A stretch of 53,847 bases of DNA, filler included, from Asterionella formosa (Eukaryota), in the NCBI GenBank assembly GCA_002256025.1. It is 4 parts of 4 records of this genome, joined end to end, with 100 filler letters (N's around TTAATTAATTAA, not from the genome) between each part and the next. Parts side by side here need not be neighbours in the genome. Positions count along the whole stretch, not along the records: positions 1 to 13,390 come from NKIB01006726.1; 3 more parts are not named here. One strand, written 5' to 3'. The translations under genes and the position numbers were made by a program. Shown here piece by piece: positions 1 through 13,490 of the stretch (its first letter is position 1; each line of letters begins with the position of its first letter). The notes beneath the pieces were generated by a model. It worked only from the letters and a program-made list of their open reading frames with translations, did no database searches and was not told where the DNA came from.

Positions 1-8
1 TAACATAT

Positions 9-128
9 TAAGTGAACTTTATTCTACAATTATGTGAACGAAATTACAGAATTACGTGAAGGATTTCAAATAATTATGTGAAGGATTTCAAATAATTATG
101 TGAAGTATTTCAAATAATTATGTGAAGG
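9..128. repeat. 22-bp tandem repeat (about 5.5 units, consensus TATGTGAAGGATTTCAAATAAT)
   Basis: Three near-perfect units at about 53-118, preceded by two degenerate units (TAAGTGAACTTTATTCTACAAT, TATGTGAACGAAATTACAGAAT). Confidence 0.85.
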
Positions 129-399
129 TGATCACATAATATAGTGATGATCAGGAATGCATGCATGATACTTTGATCAAATATTTAACGTGATGTATTC
201 AGATAATATATAGACATGTTCAACTACGTATTTTGATGTATTCAACTAATTCATGTGATGCATTCAAAATCAACTAGGCTTATTTACGTGATGGTCACTT
301 CACGTAATACGCGGCTTAGATGTAGTGGCTTGTTCTATTTGGTTTCCCACAAATATTCTTTGAGTGGCTGGCTGACATAAAATGGCATAGAAGTATGCT

Positions 400-660
400 A
401 AACTGGTTTCGAATAATTTATTTAGATGGTTTTAATTTAATTACAGAAACAGTGGGTATGTTCAGGTCTATGTAACTTATAAAGAACGCATTTTTTCGAG
501 TAAGCCATTCCTCATGTAGAAATATGGTATTTTGGCTATGTAATGCATCCTTCATATGCGAGGAACAGTTAAGACACCAGTTGTGCCGGCAATTCAATGC
601 AATTATTTTCAACCAGAGGGAGTAACAGCAGGTACCAGGTATAGAGGGTATTGTACTCCT
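400..660 (+). repeat. Dispersed repeat, copy 1 (diverged homologue at 41538-41820)
   Basis: Colinear shared blocks TGGTTTCGAATAATTTATT, GTCTATGTAACT, TTTTCGAGTA, TCATATGCGA, GTGCCGGC and CAGGTATA...TACTCCT. Confidence 0.75.
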
Positions 661-1069
661 TTCATAACACCAGTACATTATTCTACAAGAAATCACTCTG
701 ACCTGGCATATGCATCCCTTAAAGGTCTCATCTTTCTGATAGTAGGCTATCCTTATTGTTTCAACTCATGCATTTCAAGGGTGATTGTGTTGATTTCATG
801 GAAATATCTCATTCTTTGCACTCTTTCAGGAGTTGATATTCTCGATTTATGTGAAGGAGCATGCAAAATGATGTCATTGAATATTTTGAATTGATAAAAT
901 AGTCTATTTGGACACTAAGGAAATTAATCTTCCAATGGAAATATAATCAGATACCTGTATATACTTATAAATGGTGATGCCAGCTGAATGGAGTAAAAAT
1001 TAATTTAGCTTGTCCATTCCAATTTTCTTGATCAACAACTTAGGGCTTAATCATGTTTGTAATGCAAGA

Positions 1070-1185
1070 GGGAGAATGGCTTAATTGGTTAAACACCTCA
1101 TGAGGCGGGTATGACTCATGTACTCTCCACCTGTCTTCTTCCTTTTATGTATTCCCTGGGTTTCCAAGGCTGACAAAGAGACAGG
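1070..1185 (+). mobile_element. tRNA-derived SINE-like fragment, copy A
   Basis: GGGAGAATGGCTTAATTGG (A box) ... GGCGGGTATGACTC (degenerate B box) ... TCTCCACC. GGAGA/TCTCC can pair like an acceptor stem. The downstream flank aligns with the reverse strand of 37930-38065. Confidence 0.5.
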
Positions 1186-1621
1186 TGCCATTGTACCATA
1201 CAGACAAATAAAACCAGTACTAATTGTTTCCATTCAAGTGGGCATGAGTGCAATTATTGGCTTACTTTAACATACCATAAAAATCTAATTATCATTTATC
1301 TCTGTAACACAAGATAGTTGGTGGGTTCAAAGTATGACAAGTATTGTTTAGTATATAAATCACAACAACAGTGCTTGATTAACTATGTTTGTGCCTATCA
1401 TATTTAGTCCAAAATGTGCATTTACTCAATTTAACATTGGCTCTTGGTACCCTGCTCTTTATTCCTTGGTACTACCAGTAACCACCGCAACAGACATTGT
1501 GTATTGGATAGAAAATGCCAATACAAATTGACATTCCATGTCCTGTTGACAATCCAGCCTTTAATAAGCAGCTATGGGAATGTGGCACTCGGAACCTTGA
1601 TTCATTCCAGACAGCCCCCTT

Positions 1622-2986
1622 TCAAGCCAGTAGTTCATCCAACTGCTTCACAATTTCGATGGCCCACAGCTCATATCCAATCGTGGATGGATGCAAGTGA
1701 TCTGGCATCAATTTGCTGTCCAGTCGTAATTGGCTTGTTGGAGCTTCTTTGTCTGTAAAAAATAAATCAGTATTGTAGTACTGCACTTTCTCATTCATAT
1801 CGGCATAGTGCTGCAAATCATCATTAATTGCAGAAATATCTGCCCACAATGAGGGCAAGGCAGCTCTATTCCAGCTTAACAGCTTGGAATGACCCTTCAT
1901 GACGTAGCCTTTTCGGTTGAAAGTTCTTGGTAATAAGCCATTGATCACTATTGATGCATTGGGCCTCAGCAACCTAAGTTCTTGAACAATGCGTAGAATG
2001 CCAATTTCTACCAATTCTGGAGAGCACCATGTATTTCCAATGTCGTTGGTGCCAATGAGTAGCCAAATAACTTTGGGGTTAATTTTTTCAGGAAATTCCC
2101 CATTCTTGATTCTCCAGAGTAGGTTGGGTGACTTCAATAGTCAATTTGATCCATGCTTGTTAGTGAGAATAAACTGTCCTAACAAGGCGAACTTGACACT
2201 CTTGGCGACTTACCGTATCACCCGAAATGCCTAAAGCTAGTCCTTCATATTTACCAGAGTCTTTCGAAAAATATTTGTGAAATACTTTAGGGACATCTTG
2301 TGTTCTGGCACTCGTGCGCCCATATGACGTTCCCTTCCACCCCTCAGTGATGGAATCACCAAGGAAGAGCACATCAATCTCCCCCTCGTTGACGGCAGCT
2401 GCTTCTATATTAATTTCATGAGCTCGATGCCAGTATTTCAAATGATCGCGCCCTACTGGTTGTAACGGGTCCTGGCACTTGCATTTCGGTTGTCCGTCCT
2501 GTTGGTGGGCTGTCAGTGTCAACGTTGCTTGGTGCATCATCCATTTCGGGCTGTTTTTCAAGCGCCACTTACATAACACCACGTATCGACAGAATCTGTC
2601 GTCAATTCATTGATGGATTGAATTCTAGTAAAATCCCTCTGTATACGCTCCGGGGAAATCTCGTCAACTGGACTGGACGAAATCCAATCGTCTAATCGAT
2701 CCAACAACACGAAGGCGCCGAAAATCAACCCAACAATTCTTCCATACTTCAATGCCTTCATTCCCTTCAACCTTCGTTTTCGATCTCTTCTCTGGTTTTC
2801 GGATTCAACCGTTACGGATTGCATTATCAAGGGCGATTTTGGCGCCTTTCGCTGTTGAAGGCTGTCCCTAGGCAACGATGCAGAAGTTTCTGGAAGCGGG
2901 TCCATGTGGAGACTTAGATCCTGTTCCCGATGCTCTCGCACTTCTTCCTTGACCCACAAAGACTTTAGGTAGTCAGTTTGCAGCAT
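1622..2986 (-). CDS. SGNH/GDSL hydrolase (PAF-acetylhydrolase Ib-like), type II membrane; 3 exons: complement(join(1622..2131,2214..2498,2573..2986)), about 402 aa
   Basis: Motifs LFLGDSITEGW, LGISGDT, LLIGTND and DHLHPS. GTAAGT..AG introns at 2499-2572 and 2132-2213 have CTGAC/CTAAC branch points and join the three ORFs in frame. N-terminal TM segment IVGLIFGAFVLL. Confidence 0.9.
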
Positions 2987-4312
2987 GGCGAGGTATTTGG
3001 TTGTGACCGAGCAATGAATAACAAGTTGTGGCTTAGCTACCGGTCGATAATTGAGTACCGGTACGGTATACTATTTCAACATTTTGAAATCGGAAATTTA
3101 TTGATGTTGTTGAAATCCGAGATCATAATATCATAATTAGATGTAGGTATATTCCCGGCATGTGTAGGTATTTGCGGATCAGCCATACCGGTAACAATGC
3201 TAATACATAGTCGTACCACATCAAAATGTCCTCCTTTTCTGGCTGTTCGCTCTTTGTGAACGGCTGCAATACGGTACCTGGCCAGGTAGATGCTGATGCC
3301 GCCGCGGCAGCTGATGGTGGTGGGGATGAGAAAGTTCAGTCATCAACGTCACATCCGATATAATTATTTTATTAGCCAGAGCTCGCACTATCACATGCCG
3401 GTATGGCTGGTGTATGTATGATCACCATTCGGCTGCTCCGCCAAAATGGTGCCAGCGCGTACTCACTCCATTAGGTAGCTGGAATCAGGTACCTGGTACA
3501 GGTACCGTAACTCTACCAAGGAACTCGATTACCTGGTACGGTACTGGTACTGCTCTCTGTGACCGGGATCTGTATATTCCCGGTAACTGGTAGTATACCA
3601 GGGCGGTAAATATCATTTGTTGCGAGGTAAATAGGTGCATGTGGATAGTACATAGGAGTTGGTCCTGTTCATCCCGGCTACATACTAACCTGGTACCAGG
3701 TACCAGGTACTGTTCGTGTTCTTACCTCGACTCTTGCGCGCTTGTTGCTGATGCACACGTACATGGGTATCTACCACGAGGTCTGCAAAACCATCACGAG
3801 GGAGCAAGGAGGACCGCGAGTTATGATTTGGCTGCTGTGTCGACATCCTGCTGAATGGTGCTCTGCACGACATGCAACAACTGGTGATCACTGTGATGCT
3901 GGTGTATTGCTGTATGATCAACAGCATTTCTGACATGAGGCTGTTGCTCATGGTCAACCGAAATGACAACCAAGAAACAACAATGTTTTGGTTTCAGTAG
4001 CCCAAAAAAGGGGATGCTAGGCAGCAAGAGTAAAAAAGGGGATTCCATTTCCATAGCTATTGACTACTTTGAATGTAACAAGCAGAAACCCAATTTCATT
4101 TTAAGGTTGTAACCCCATCTTAATCCTATGGAGTTTGGAGCAAAACTGTTGCTAGGGTTGTAAAAAAGGCATGGAGCAAGGAGTTCGTTTCTGTGCAGTC
4201 CTGCGATTCTACTAGTGTCCATATGAATATTTAAATTTAATAGTAATCAGCACCAGATTGATAGAGTTCCATTTTAAACAAACAGAAAAGATATTTACAA
4301 GATCATATTATA

Positions 4313-4630
4313 AATGGCTTAGTGAATTTGCACATTTCCTTTGATCTGAGGTTGTGAGGTTCAATTCCCACAATTTTTGAGAAGCAATTGTTGGGTTTGA
4401 CTCCACACTCTTTATCGTCCTGCACGGTCTTGCCTGGTGTGCAAGAAATAGTGGGTTTCCCCCCTCCTACACGCAGCTTGTGCCGCCTTCCTAGGCGGTC
4501 GAAGTTTCCCCTAATGCTCTGGCTAAGACAATCACCTTGCTTTTGTGAAAGATGGTTGGGGACTCACCTATGCTTGCTTACAAAACCAGGAAAGCACAGG
4601 TCCTCTTGTTGGCAGGTAGCACAATGAATA
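4313..4630 (+). mobile_element. tRNA-derived SINE-like fragment, copy B
   Basis: TGGCTTAGTG (A box, about 4315) and GGTTCAATTCC (B box, 4358-4368). Body blocks TGCCGCCTTCCTAGG and TCTTGTTGGCAGG..CACAATGAAT resemble the reverse strand of 37700-37845. Confidence 0.4.
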
Positions 4631-7600
4631 CTTGTCTAGAAATAGGGGAGTGCGAATGGGCTATAAAATATACTAACTTTTATATTTTTGTTGGTGTATG
4701 TAGATATAAAATTAAATCCATACCAAAACACATAAATAGATCGTCAGAAGTATGCTAGCTACTAGTAGTAGCTATGTATAATTATGGTTGTTGTTCAAAC
4801 AAAATAAATGATATTTATATGTTCATATTGAATCTATGTTCTGAATATAGATTTATTATTACTCTACTCCCAAAGGCACACATATAAATCAGCCAGTACA
4901 TAGTATAATTTTGGATCATGATGATGGGAGACAGGATGAAACTATGGTGGTACCTGCTGGTACTGATTTTACTTACTGGTATACATCTAGTAGTACATGT
5001 GATCTTCTGGAAGTTATCCCTTGTTGATTCTTTACAATGCTTGATAGCCTCTTTTTGACTATTTTTGGGATAGTTACGATTCCTAGAGGGATCACAGAAC
5101 TTTCTCTCCAGAAATGAGGTCCTTACCATGTCTGAAGATACTAGAACATACTCAAAAGTTGAGCGATGACTATATGCTGAGTTGTCGTACTGGTAAAAAC
5201 TAATTGTGGCTTTAACTTAATTATTTAGTTGTAAATGTTGCGGTCCCACAGTTACAAGTTGCGAGGTCTGCATTGTACCAAAATTGCATATGTGTTGTAC
5301 ATCAATCCACACATTACGTACGACTAAATAAAATAGTAAAGCTAAAATTAGCTTACACCAATACAACCATTTGTATATGCAATTTCTAGCACTCTCAAAA
5401 TTTGGTGGTCTTTTCAGGTGCCATCATACCTTGATGATTACAAAACTTCGTCATAAGTAAAGATTTTCTGGTAAGGCGCAGCATTTCTTGAGTACTACTG
5501 CCCTCTACCTGTAGCCACAAGATGCATCGCTGTAAAAATGCTTACATACTTTTGACGAAGTTACTTTTTCATCAAAACAACCTAATGCATACGTCAAAAT
5601 ACATGCAAGTTGCAATCATTTTGCTTAAATTGATAATGTGATGCAGGACAGGCGTTTAATTACATAGAAAACGTCATCGATTCATTCCTTAACATTGTCT
5701 ATATGCGTGGTGATCACCAGTTAGTGACATCCTTGGTTTTATGATAATTAAATTCATCAAACCAGGGAAACATCAAGAAAACAAAACAAAAATGGGGCTA
5801 TAGAGGGGCGACTTGAATCAAAAGTAAGCAATACAAGCGCTTAAAAGTGCTACCTCGGGTACCCTGGCTGGTACCACCACCTAAAAACTGAGAGTCGTCC
5901 TTATTTCTTTTTTAACTGAGAGTCATCCTTAAGCAGGCTAATCTAATATTGGATGTTCGTTGATTCTGTTCCAGAAAAGTTGTTCCTTTGCATGTATGTA
6001 AGAGCAATGTTCATACTTGCAGGTTGAGCTTTCGTGGTCGTTCTCGAGATAAATAGGTTGAAAAGAAGCTGTCGGAAAAATTTGGGTCAAATCAGATTAC
6101 CCTATTGAGCCGGCAATGCATTTTCGACACTTAGATCACATTTTAGCTAATTTCATTATTTATTGATTCTTTGTTAATTATTTAGTGTCTTTTGTTTCTA
6201 TATTTATTGACTTGTATTGATTTGATCATCAATGTCACATGGAGTGCTGTTGTTGCTCCGTCCTGTTCACCACGCATTGAAAGAAGGCAGCGATCATTTT
6301 ACCGTTAGTTTACTATCAGGTAACCTACTATAAATCATTGTGTTGCCTGATGATCAACAAAAAGAAATCGGTCGTGCCTTTGATGGTGAGCCCACGAAGA
6401 ATGTACGGAGTAGATGAATACCTGCCTGTATGTACGCACTGATGGCAGAATCTTATGGTGTATAATTGTATGTCATATTTTGTCGGCATTATCATTACAA
6501 CCACTGAAACAAATGAAAATTATTGATTTTTTAATCATGATGCTATTCCTTTGAGTAGAATAGATTATTCGCTAGTATATTACGAAACGAATTTCATTGT
6601 AGCTTGTATATTTGTTCGATGATTTCTCGATCCCTCTTTGTCGCATCAAGACGCGACGCTTTCGAACAGATGCGCCGTTCAACGATAAAACAAAATCTAC
6701 TCGAGATTACATTCAAAAGCCATTATTGATGCATAATTCAATATTTAAACAAAATTGTCTTTCACCATTGTCATGGCTTTGTCGATCAGCAACATCGTCA
6801 TGACGTTTACCCGGTACCTGGTACACAGATTCATCGCCAGCAGTCGTGATTGTTTGGCCTAAATATTTTATTTATGAGGATTGTCAAACAACCAGTGATA
6901 GACTGTGATGCAATAGACTTAATTAAATATTACTTTAACTGTTGTTAACATAAATAACTGAAGTTACATTTGACCCGAAACCAAATATTAATAGTGGAGT
7001 ATCGTCGAAACAGACTATTATTATGGGAAGAAAGCATCGAAAGGGATAATAAATAAAGGGTAGTAAACTGTAACGGACTTATAATTTTGTGGCAACAATA
7101 GGGTAATCGGGAAAAAGTTTTCCCCTCCTTACTAGTTTTGGAAGCTATGGTCAATGGTAAATGGTAATTTGTCCCACCACATAGAAATGTGTCAATGCAG
7201 GAATCGATTTCAAGAATGTAATATACTCCATTTGAGCTAAAATATTGCTTTAGAGAATTGTCGATTTAACTCTTTCCTTGTTCCATGGTCCCACAATATT
7301 TCCCTTGTTCTTGTTTCAGAGCACGGTGGAAAGACGACTGTACCTCAGCAGTCATAATGTAAATGCGAATGTTCCAAAAGAAATGGAAGCATTCGAGGGA
7401 GGTCGAGGCCATAAAAATAGCATAAGAGTTCCGTTTTGTTGAATCATCATAGTACAACATGGGGAACCAGTGGTAGCAACAAGAGAAAAATGTAAGCAAC
7501 GGTGGGAAACCCACCCCTACTACTAATGGAGAGCAAAGATGCAAAGGTGCAAGCAAAATTGACTCCATGATGCCAAAAATGCCCAAACATTGAGCTGTTG

Positions 7601-9183
7601 AATTATCCAAGGCTGCTTGATCAACATCACATGTGCTCATGGCAATAAGCAAGCAGAATTGGCTTGATTGCTCTTGCAGCCAGACAATGTATCCTCCCAG
7701 CACAGCAACAAACTTAAACCTCCCTGTGCACTGTTGATTGATGTGTGTTCAGCTGAATGGAGCTGACTTCTTACATTGAAAAGTCGCTTGAGTGATGCAA
7801 GCACAGCGAATGACTGAAAATAGAGCATAGATAGTTAATAATCACATAATTGCATGCACCATATCAAAGCAAAATCATGCTTGTTGTTTTGCGTGCTTTG
7901 ACTCAAATGACTCAACTATATTCCCGTTGTTATGGAAATGGCAGATTCCTCAACCCATGAGGCTTCGTTTTGCAATCTCTCCATCGGAAGTACTCCAGAA
8001 CAAGCCCTGTTATCGATGGTGAGAAGCTCACCAATTAGAACTGGTCAGGATGACCAACAATTGAAATTCGCGTACGGCTTTTTGAACAGCAAGCAATTTT
8101 TCGTATTGACTTTTTTAGTCGCGGAAAATGTCAAAAAATTCCTCGATACACGGGGTTGGGCAATCTAAATTACTTTTCGCTTGGGGAAGCCCCTCTATTG
8201 CCCCAGTCATTATCAATTCTTTTTAGCCATTTGCCTCGTTTTGACGTTTCTGTGTTTTCAGATGAAATAATAATTTACGTCACTAACAAGTCATGATGCT
8301 GTCGACTTAAATACCGGGAGAGAGTCGATGACGTTCTTTTTTTGTCATTTAGAGCGCCTGTCCTGTGTCACGTTGTCCATTACAGCAAAATGATCGCAAC
8401 TTGCTGTTAATAATGGCAAATGATATTTTACTACAATAATTGTTAAAAGAGATTGAGGAGCTAAATTAATTTGCATCCTATAAGTACCGGAATGAGGCTT
8501 CTACTACCAGTAGGGGGTATCGGTACACTTTCCAAATACCGGTAACTCGGGACGTACCGAAAACAGTGCGTCCGTACCACTTAGTGGCTGGAAAACCAGG
8601 TTGGAGTACTACTGGTGGCAGAGCGGAGCTGCCTCACTATGTATACCGGCAGTTTGTGCAGGAAAATAAAGCAAGCAGGCAGAGATTCTGCATTATTGCT
8701 TGTATGTGCTATGCACCCCTTTTCGCGCCGAAAATTTTTCACATTTTTTTCGAAAGACTGCTCTCCACAAGATCCACCTAACGGATCCCTGGCCGCGCGT
8801 GTAGTGAGAGTGATTTAAAAACTTGAGGCCAACCATTGGATTGTGATAAATCGTGAATTGATAACATGCCAGTGCTAAATCCAAGAATTACTTATGTACA
8901 CTCCGCTTTCAGTCCCTCTCATCCCACGAATGTACCCTTGGTAGACTACCTGGTACCTGGTAGTGTCTAGGTATTGCGAGTGGTCCACCAAAACCCTTTG
9001 ACCATCATATGCTCGTGTCGAGACGACGGATAAGGATAAGTGCTCCCATATGTAGGATAAAAATGCAGTCGAAAAGAACCGAGAAGTTTGTAAATATCTC
9101 CGTAATTATAATAGACCAACAGTTATTTCATTCCTAATTCCCGCACCCACCTTCCAGTAACTTTGATCTACCTGGTAGGATGT

Positions 9184-10164
9184 CTACCAGGACCCGTTCT
9201 GTAGACGGTTCTTTTCTGAAAAGAAGTCAAAGGACTTGCTCCGTCCACATAACACAGTTACTGGAGACGAAGCTGGGAGAGTCTCAGCCCGCTTGATGAT
9301 ATGTCCTTGTTGGTGAAAAGGGAGCAGCTTGGGCTGCGGAGCAAACGTAGCGTGAAGAGCACATTCTTCTGAACGCTCATAGAGTTTCCAGAGCGAGCAA
9401 CGGCAAGAGTGCAAGTCTGTCGTCTGTGGGAAGCCTAGAGTCTGAACGTGTTTGACGAGCGCGCTTTCAGTTTGCATCATGCCTTCAAGAGCATTGAGGA
9501 TGCAAGCCAGAGCAACAATTGAGGGAGATTTGTCGACGAAAAAATAGTCGCAGACAGATAGTTCAGAAAAAAAGGCCGCATTAGCGTACAATTCCTCGAT
9601 TCCCTGTTCATTTAAGTCATCCAATTCCAGATAGTCTAGAAGCAACTGCGTCATGCAAGATGCCGTGGGAGGATGAAGCTTCCAGTCGAGTGAGGTAATT
9701 ATGTGCGCTTCCATCTCTGCCACGTCCCTCATGTTAAACTCTCCGCGGCTTAGGTCGGAAAGAATACCCAGATCTCCAAGCTTGTTGGGATAAAACAACT
9801 TGACAGCAATGTAAAGGGTAGCGGTAGCTGCTAACTTGAACATGGCGCGATCGCAGTTGCAGATAGATAAAAACCGATCCAGATACGATAGTGACAAAGT
9901 AACGACCTCTCGATCAATTCTGAAATAGTCAACGACTCGAAAAGTCCACTCGCAAATCTGTTCTCGGCAATACTCGTCCACTGCTGTGGAAGATACAGCA
10001 TGTTTACTCATCATACTGTCTTGCCAAGATGTCATCGCAAGGTAGTCGGCAACTTCGTATTTTCCAGAGCGTTCTTGTTCTAACAATGCCAAAATGTGAT
10101 CGGCCTCTCTGATCTCCTCTCTGCCTCGCCGCTTTCGGGGGTTCATCTTGAGTTTGAGCATCAT
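9184..10164 (-). CDS. Cyclin, diatom-specific (dsCYC-type)
   Basis: Cyclin box motifs CREQICEWTFRVVDYF, SLSYLDRFLS, ATATLYIAVKL and EMEAHIITSLDWKLHPPT, plus C-terminal FSELSVCDYFF..SPSIVALACILNA. Intronless, 326 aa. Confidence 0.92.
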   Translation of the reverse strand: MMLKLKMNPRKRRGREEIREADHILALLEQERSGKYEVADYLAMTSWQDSMMSKHAVSSTAVDEYCREQICEWTFRVVDYFRIDREVVTLSLSYLDRFLSICNCDRAMFKLAATATLYIAVKLFYPNKLGDLGILSDLSRGEFNMRDVAEMEAHIITSLDWKLHPPTASCMTQLLLDYLELDDLNEQGIEELYANAAFFSELSVCDYFFVDKSPSIVALACILNALEGMMQTESALVKHVQTLGFPQTTDLHSCRCSLWKLYERSEECALHATFAPQPKLLPFHQQGHIIKRAETLPASSPVTVLCGRSKSFDFFSEKNRLQNGSW

Positions 10165-11484
10165 GAAATTTTTATATTAGCCTTTAATACAATAAACTCG
10201 AGGAAGGACAACAACCCACGCGTGGGAATTGTGACAAAAGGGCGACCGACCAATTCGGTGCACCGTGACAAACGTTGTATCGTTTTGTGTGTCGTTTAGA
10301 GATCCTGCAGGGCGACTCATTTATTTTTATTTATTTTTGGCTTCCGATGTGTTTTTTCTTTGTCACGTCTTTGGTACGACTTATGCTGTAAGCAACGAAA
10401 CGATGCAGCCGTGTCGACGAACGGTTCTTCTATTCTAACTATAGTAAATGGGCTTGTACGTCAGCCGAACATTCAGAATTGTTGCACATGAGGATCCGAT
10501 ATACAGAAAACAAAATATCCGACTCGATGACAAAGCGAAATTAATAACCCGATTAATTCACCAATTTGTGCAACTATGTAGAATATAAATAACAGGCCCC
10601 CAAGACAGGATGACGAGGAAATTATAGTACGGGACAATTCCGGATTTGCATGCATACCGGTACACGACATAATATATCGATACACAACGTAGACGCACCT
10701 CTTTCCTTACTACAGGGCACTCTGGCTATACATGAGAATTTTCCTAGGCAACAAAAAGTAGTTGTAAAGCGAATCACAACGGAAAACAAATCCAGATCAC
10801 AATGCATATTTGGAGGTGGTGTACCTGATAACAAACAGGTCCAGGCATGTGGGATGAAGCAAAATGACAAGCATTGTTTGCTGTACTGCATACATTGGAT
10901 GTACTTAGATGCAATCTCAGCTAAGCTAATGACTGAAGGATCATTGCAGCTCAAAGGCTCACTCACGCCAGCGATTGTACTATGTACTCCCTCTGTTCAA
11001 CTACGACAGTTGCAACCAAAAAAACTTTAGGTCACTGCCTCTCATGAAGTGCAAGCCTTGGTATTTCTCTGGCTAACAGCCCTTCCTGTTTAAAAATTAT
11101 TTTGAATCGAATGGTGTATTTAATATATGTTCTAAGTAGTCAAGAATTAGGTGAACCTGACCTCTATTTTGGCTCATTTTTCATAGAATTGCGCCGCAAT
11201 TGGAATGTTTGCTCTGGACCCCCTTTTAGTCAATAGACATAATAAGAAGAAGGACCAATATAACACCAGAACAGCAACAATACATTGCTGATTGCTTGTC
11301 TTGCAACCTCAAAACAAGGGAGGCTGATGATTTCAAATTCTTATTGAGCACTACAGAGGAATCAGAAAGCCTGACTCTTCACTACTAGGAATCAGTAGGA
11401 ATGTTCAGAAAGCATCACTAACTGGTACTAGTGAAGTACATTCTGCCTCCCCATTGAGTTATCATATTTAAAGTACCAGGTGGT

Positions 11485-12360
11485 ACCTGGAAGGTCCGGT
11501 AGCATACATTTTATGCGCACCTTTTCAGTTCGATGCACTCCCAATGGATCATTGTCTCATGCCTGCCAGACAAGATAGTAGACTGGGTTTTCATTCCAAA
11601 CTCTCTTTGGTAACTTTCTTCAATGTTAAATTATCATTCATTAAACCCAATTCATGTTCTGATCATCGAAATTGTGTTCACTACCACTACTGATGATGGT
11701 ATTCAGCCACTGGATGACAGTTTGCTAGTAATGGAATTCACCAATCCAAAAAATCAGTAATTTCTAGTCGTATTCCGCAATTTCTAGTCATAGTAAGCAG
11801 TTTCTATTGCAGTCAGCATTTTCTAGTCATAGTCAGAAATGTTGCCAGCAAGTAATTGACAGCAGATTTCTAGTTGCACGTAGTCACCAGCCAGCTGGAA
11901 CAGTAATCATAAACAAAAAATCATTTTGAAAATGTCAATGGACCATTAATTGACATTACTTAAATAGAGAATCAAACAAAATTTCATTTGACCTACTGAT
12001 TACCATAGTGTAGCATGTTGCATCCTGTGAAAGTGTCAAATCTGTTTGTAACTTTGTTGTTTTGAATTGTGCATCATGTAAACTATGTGAAGCAATGCGC
12101 CATCGGCCATGGGCAACTTTTTCAATTTTCGTGGTTAATAATTAGTGCGATGACATTTATTTTTTTACGATTGTATTATCGATGTTGTGTTAGATATATT
12201 TGTCAGATAGCATAGCCTTGTTTTCATTTTCCATGGAGAAATTCATTATTTTCGAAATGGTCAAGGCGGAGATGGCATGACCGCACACAAGAACTACACT
12301 CTAGCAATTAATATAATACACAGCAAGAAATCGCACTATCTAAGCTAAATAATTATTGAC
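11485..12360 (+). mobile_element. Non-autonomous DNA transposon fragment (left end), homologous to 38805-39660; contains about 20-bp tandems at 11755-11890
   Basis: About 870 bp colinear with 38805-39660, from CCTGGAAGGTCCGGT to GCTAAATAATTATT. Shared blocks include TCATGTTCTGATCATCGAAAT and TCATTTTGAAAATGTCAATGG. Confidence 0.8.
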
Positions 12361-13390
12361 ATTTCAAGTATGTGTCCATCATGTCTTAAAATCCAAATGC
12401 TCGCCCACCGTGCCCTCATGGTGTGAATTTGAGTCTTTCGTCATGGCTTTTAGTCTTGAGATTTCGATAAAAGCATCCTACCGTAAGTGTATTCAATCAT
12501 AGGTAGTACGGTAGTAAAATTTGTATGTGCCGGGAAGAAGTAACGGGATATTGACAGGAGTACCGGTATCCCGGTTCATACGGTACTTTTCGCAATCATG
12601 TAAAATAAAAACGAGATTTGAAGTCTTAAATCGTTAACTCGGCCGGCAACAAACGTTGCCGTTGACTACCGTATACCTCAACTATTTTCTGAGCTAATTA
12701 GTAGTTCCTGTTACAAGATAAGACTTGATTTTTGAGTACCAGGTACTGGTGCTAGAAATATTCCATTTATTATTCTACTACCGGTCTATGGTACCTGGTA
12801 CCCTACCTACTTTTTCAAATTGTTCATTATTCGTAATATAAAATGAATTGCTCTGAGCGTTTGTCTACCGTATGCTTGTACGCTACCTGGTACCAGGTAC
12901 CAGATACTGTGCCTCCCGAACAATGGTAACAGGTACCAGGTACCCTTGTACCAGTACCAGGTCCTGGTTATGCATACATGGATTCTAATATGCAGCCTTG
13001 TCGTTGGAAGACGAATGCAGCAATCCCACTTGATTAATAGAGGACGACCGAACATCCTTTTTTCTGAAGGGCCATGCTTTGGCGCTTGCTTGTTAACTTG
13101 ATGAAGCTTTCCAGCTCCTCTTATATTCTGCTTATGAAAGTCTTGTAAGACAGAATCATTTCTTATTTGGGAGATGCCTGCAAGTAAAGCATGTATATCT
13201 AGGAAGTATAGATAGCATGTGGTTGTTGTCAAACGCAGTGTACAAACCTAGTAGGCAGACTTGGGCATTACTTTGTTTGTTGCAAGTTTGTTTTCTTGCC
13301 ATCATGGTGTGTCTAGGATCTAGACTACATAGAAGTATTGCAGATTGAAACTGTACCAGGTCAATGCAGGCATATGGCGTGGTAAACGTC

Positions 13391-13490
13391 NNNNNNNNNN
13401 NNNNNNNNNNNNNNNNNNNNNNNNNNNNNNNNNNTTAATTAATTAANNNNNNNNNNNNNNNNNNNNNNNNNNNNNNNNNNNNNNNNNNNN
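13391..13490. other. Assembly gap with artificial TTAATTAATTAA spacer (also at 26881-26980 and 40341-40460; plain gap at 49743-50350)
   Basis: An identical 12-mer giving stops in all six frames is embedded in three N runs. Confidence 0.95.

Noticed and set aside
9..128. CRISPR-like array
   Set aside because: The units are contiguous with no unique spacers, the context is eukaryotic and there are no cas genes.
7266..7828. Short ORFs here and at 10622-11030 and 35068-36205 as genes
   Set aside because: No motifs, AT-rich with scattered stops; probably decayed repeats that cannot be assigned by eye.
13435..13446. TTAATTAATTAA inside N runs (also 26925-26936 and 40405-40416) as a biological motif or TSD
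   Set aside because: It is an identical six-frame-stop linker embedded in gaps, so a scaffolding artefact.
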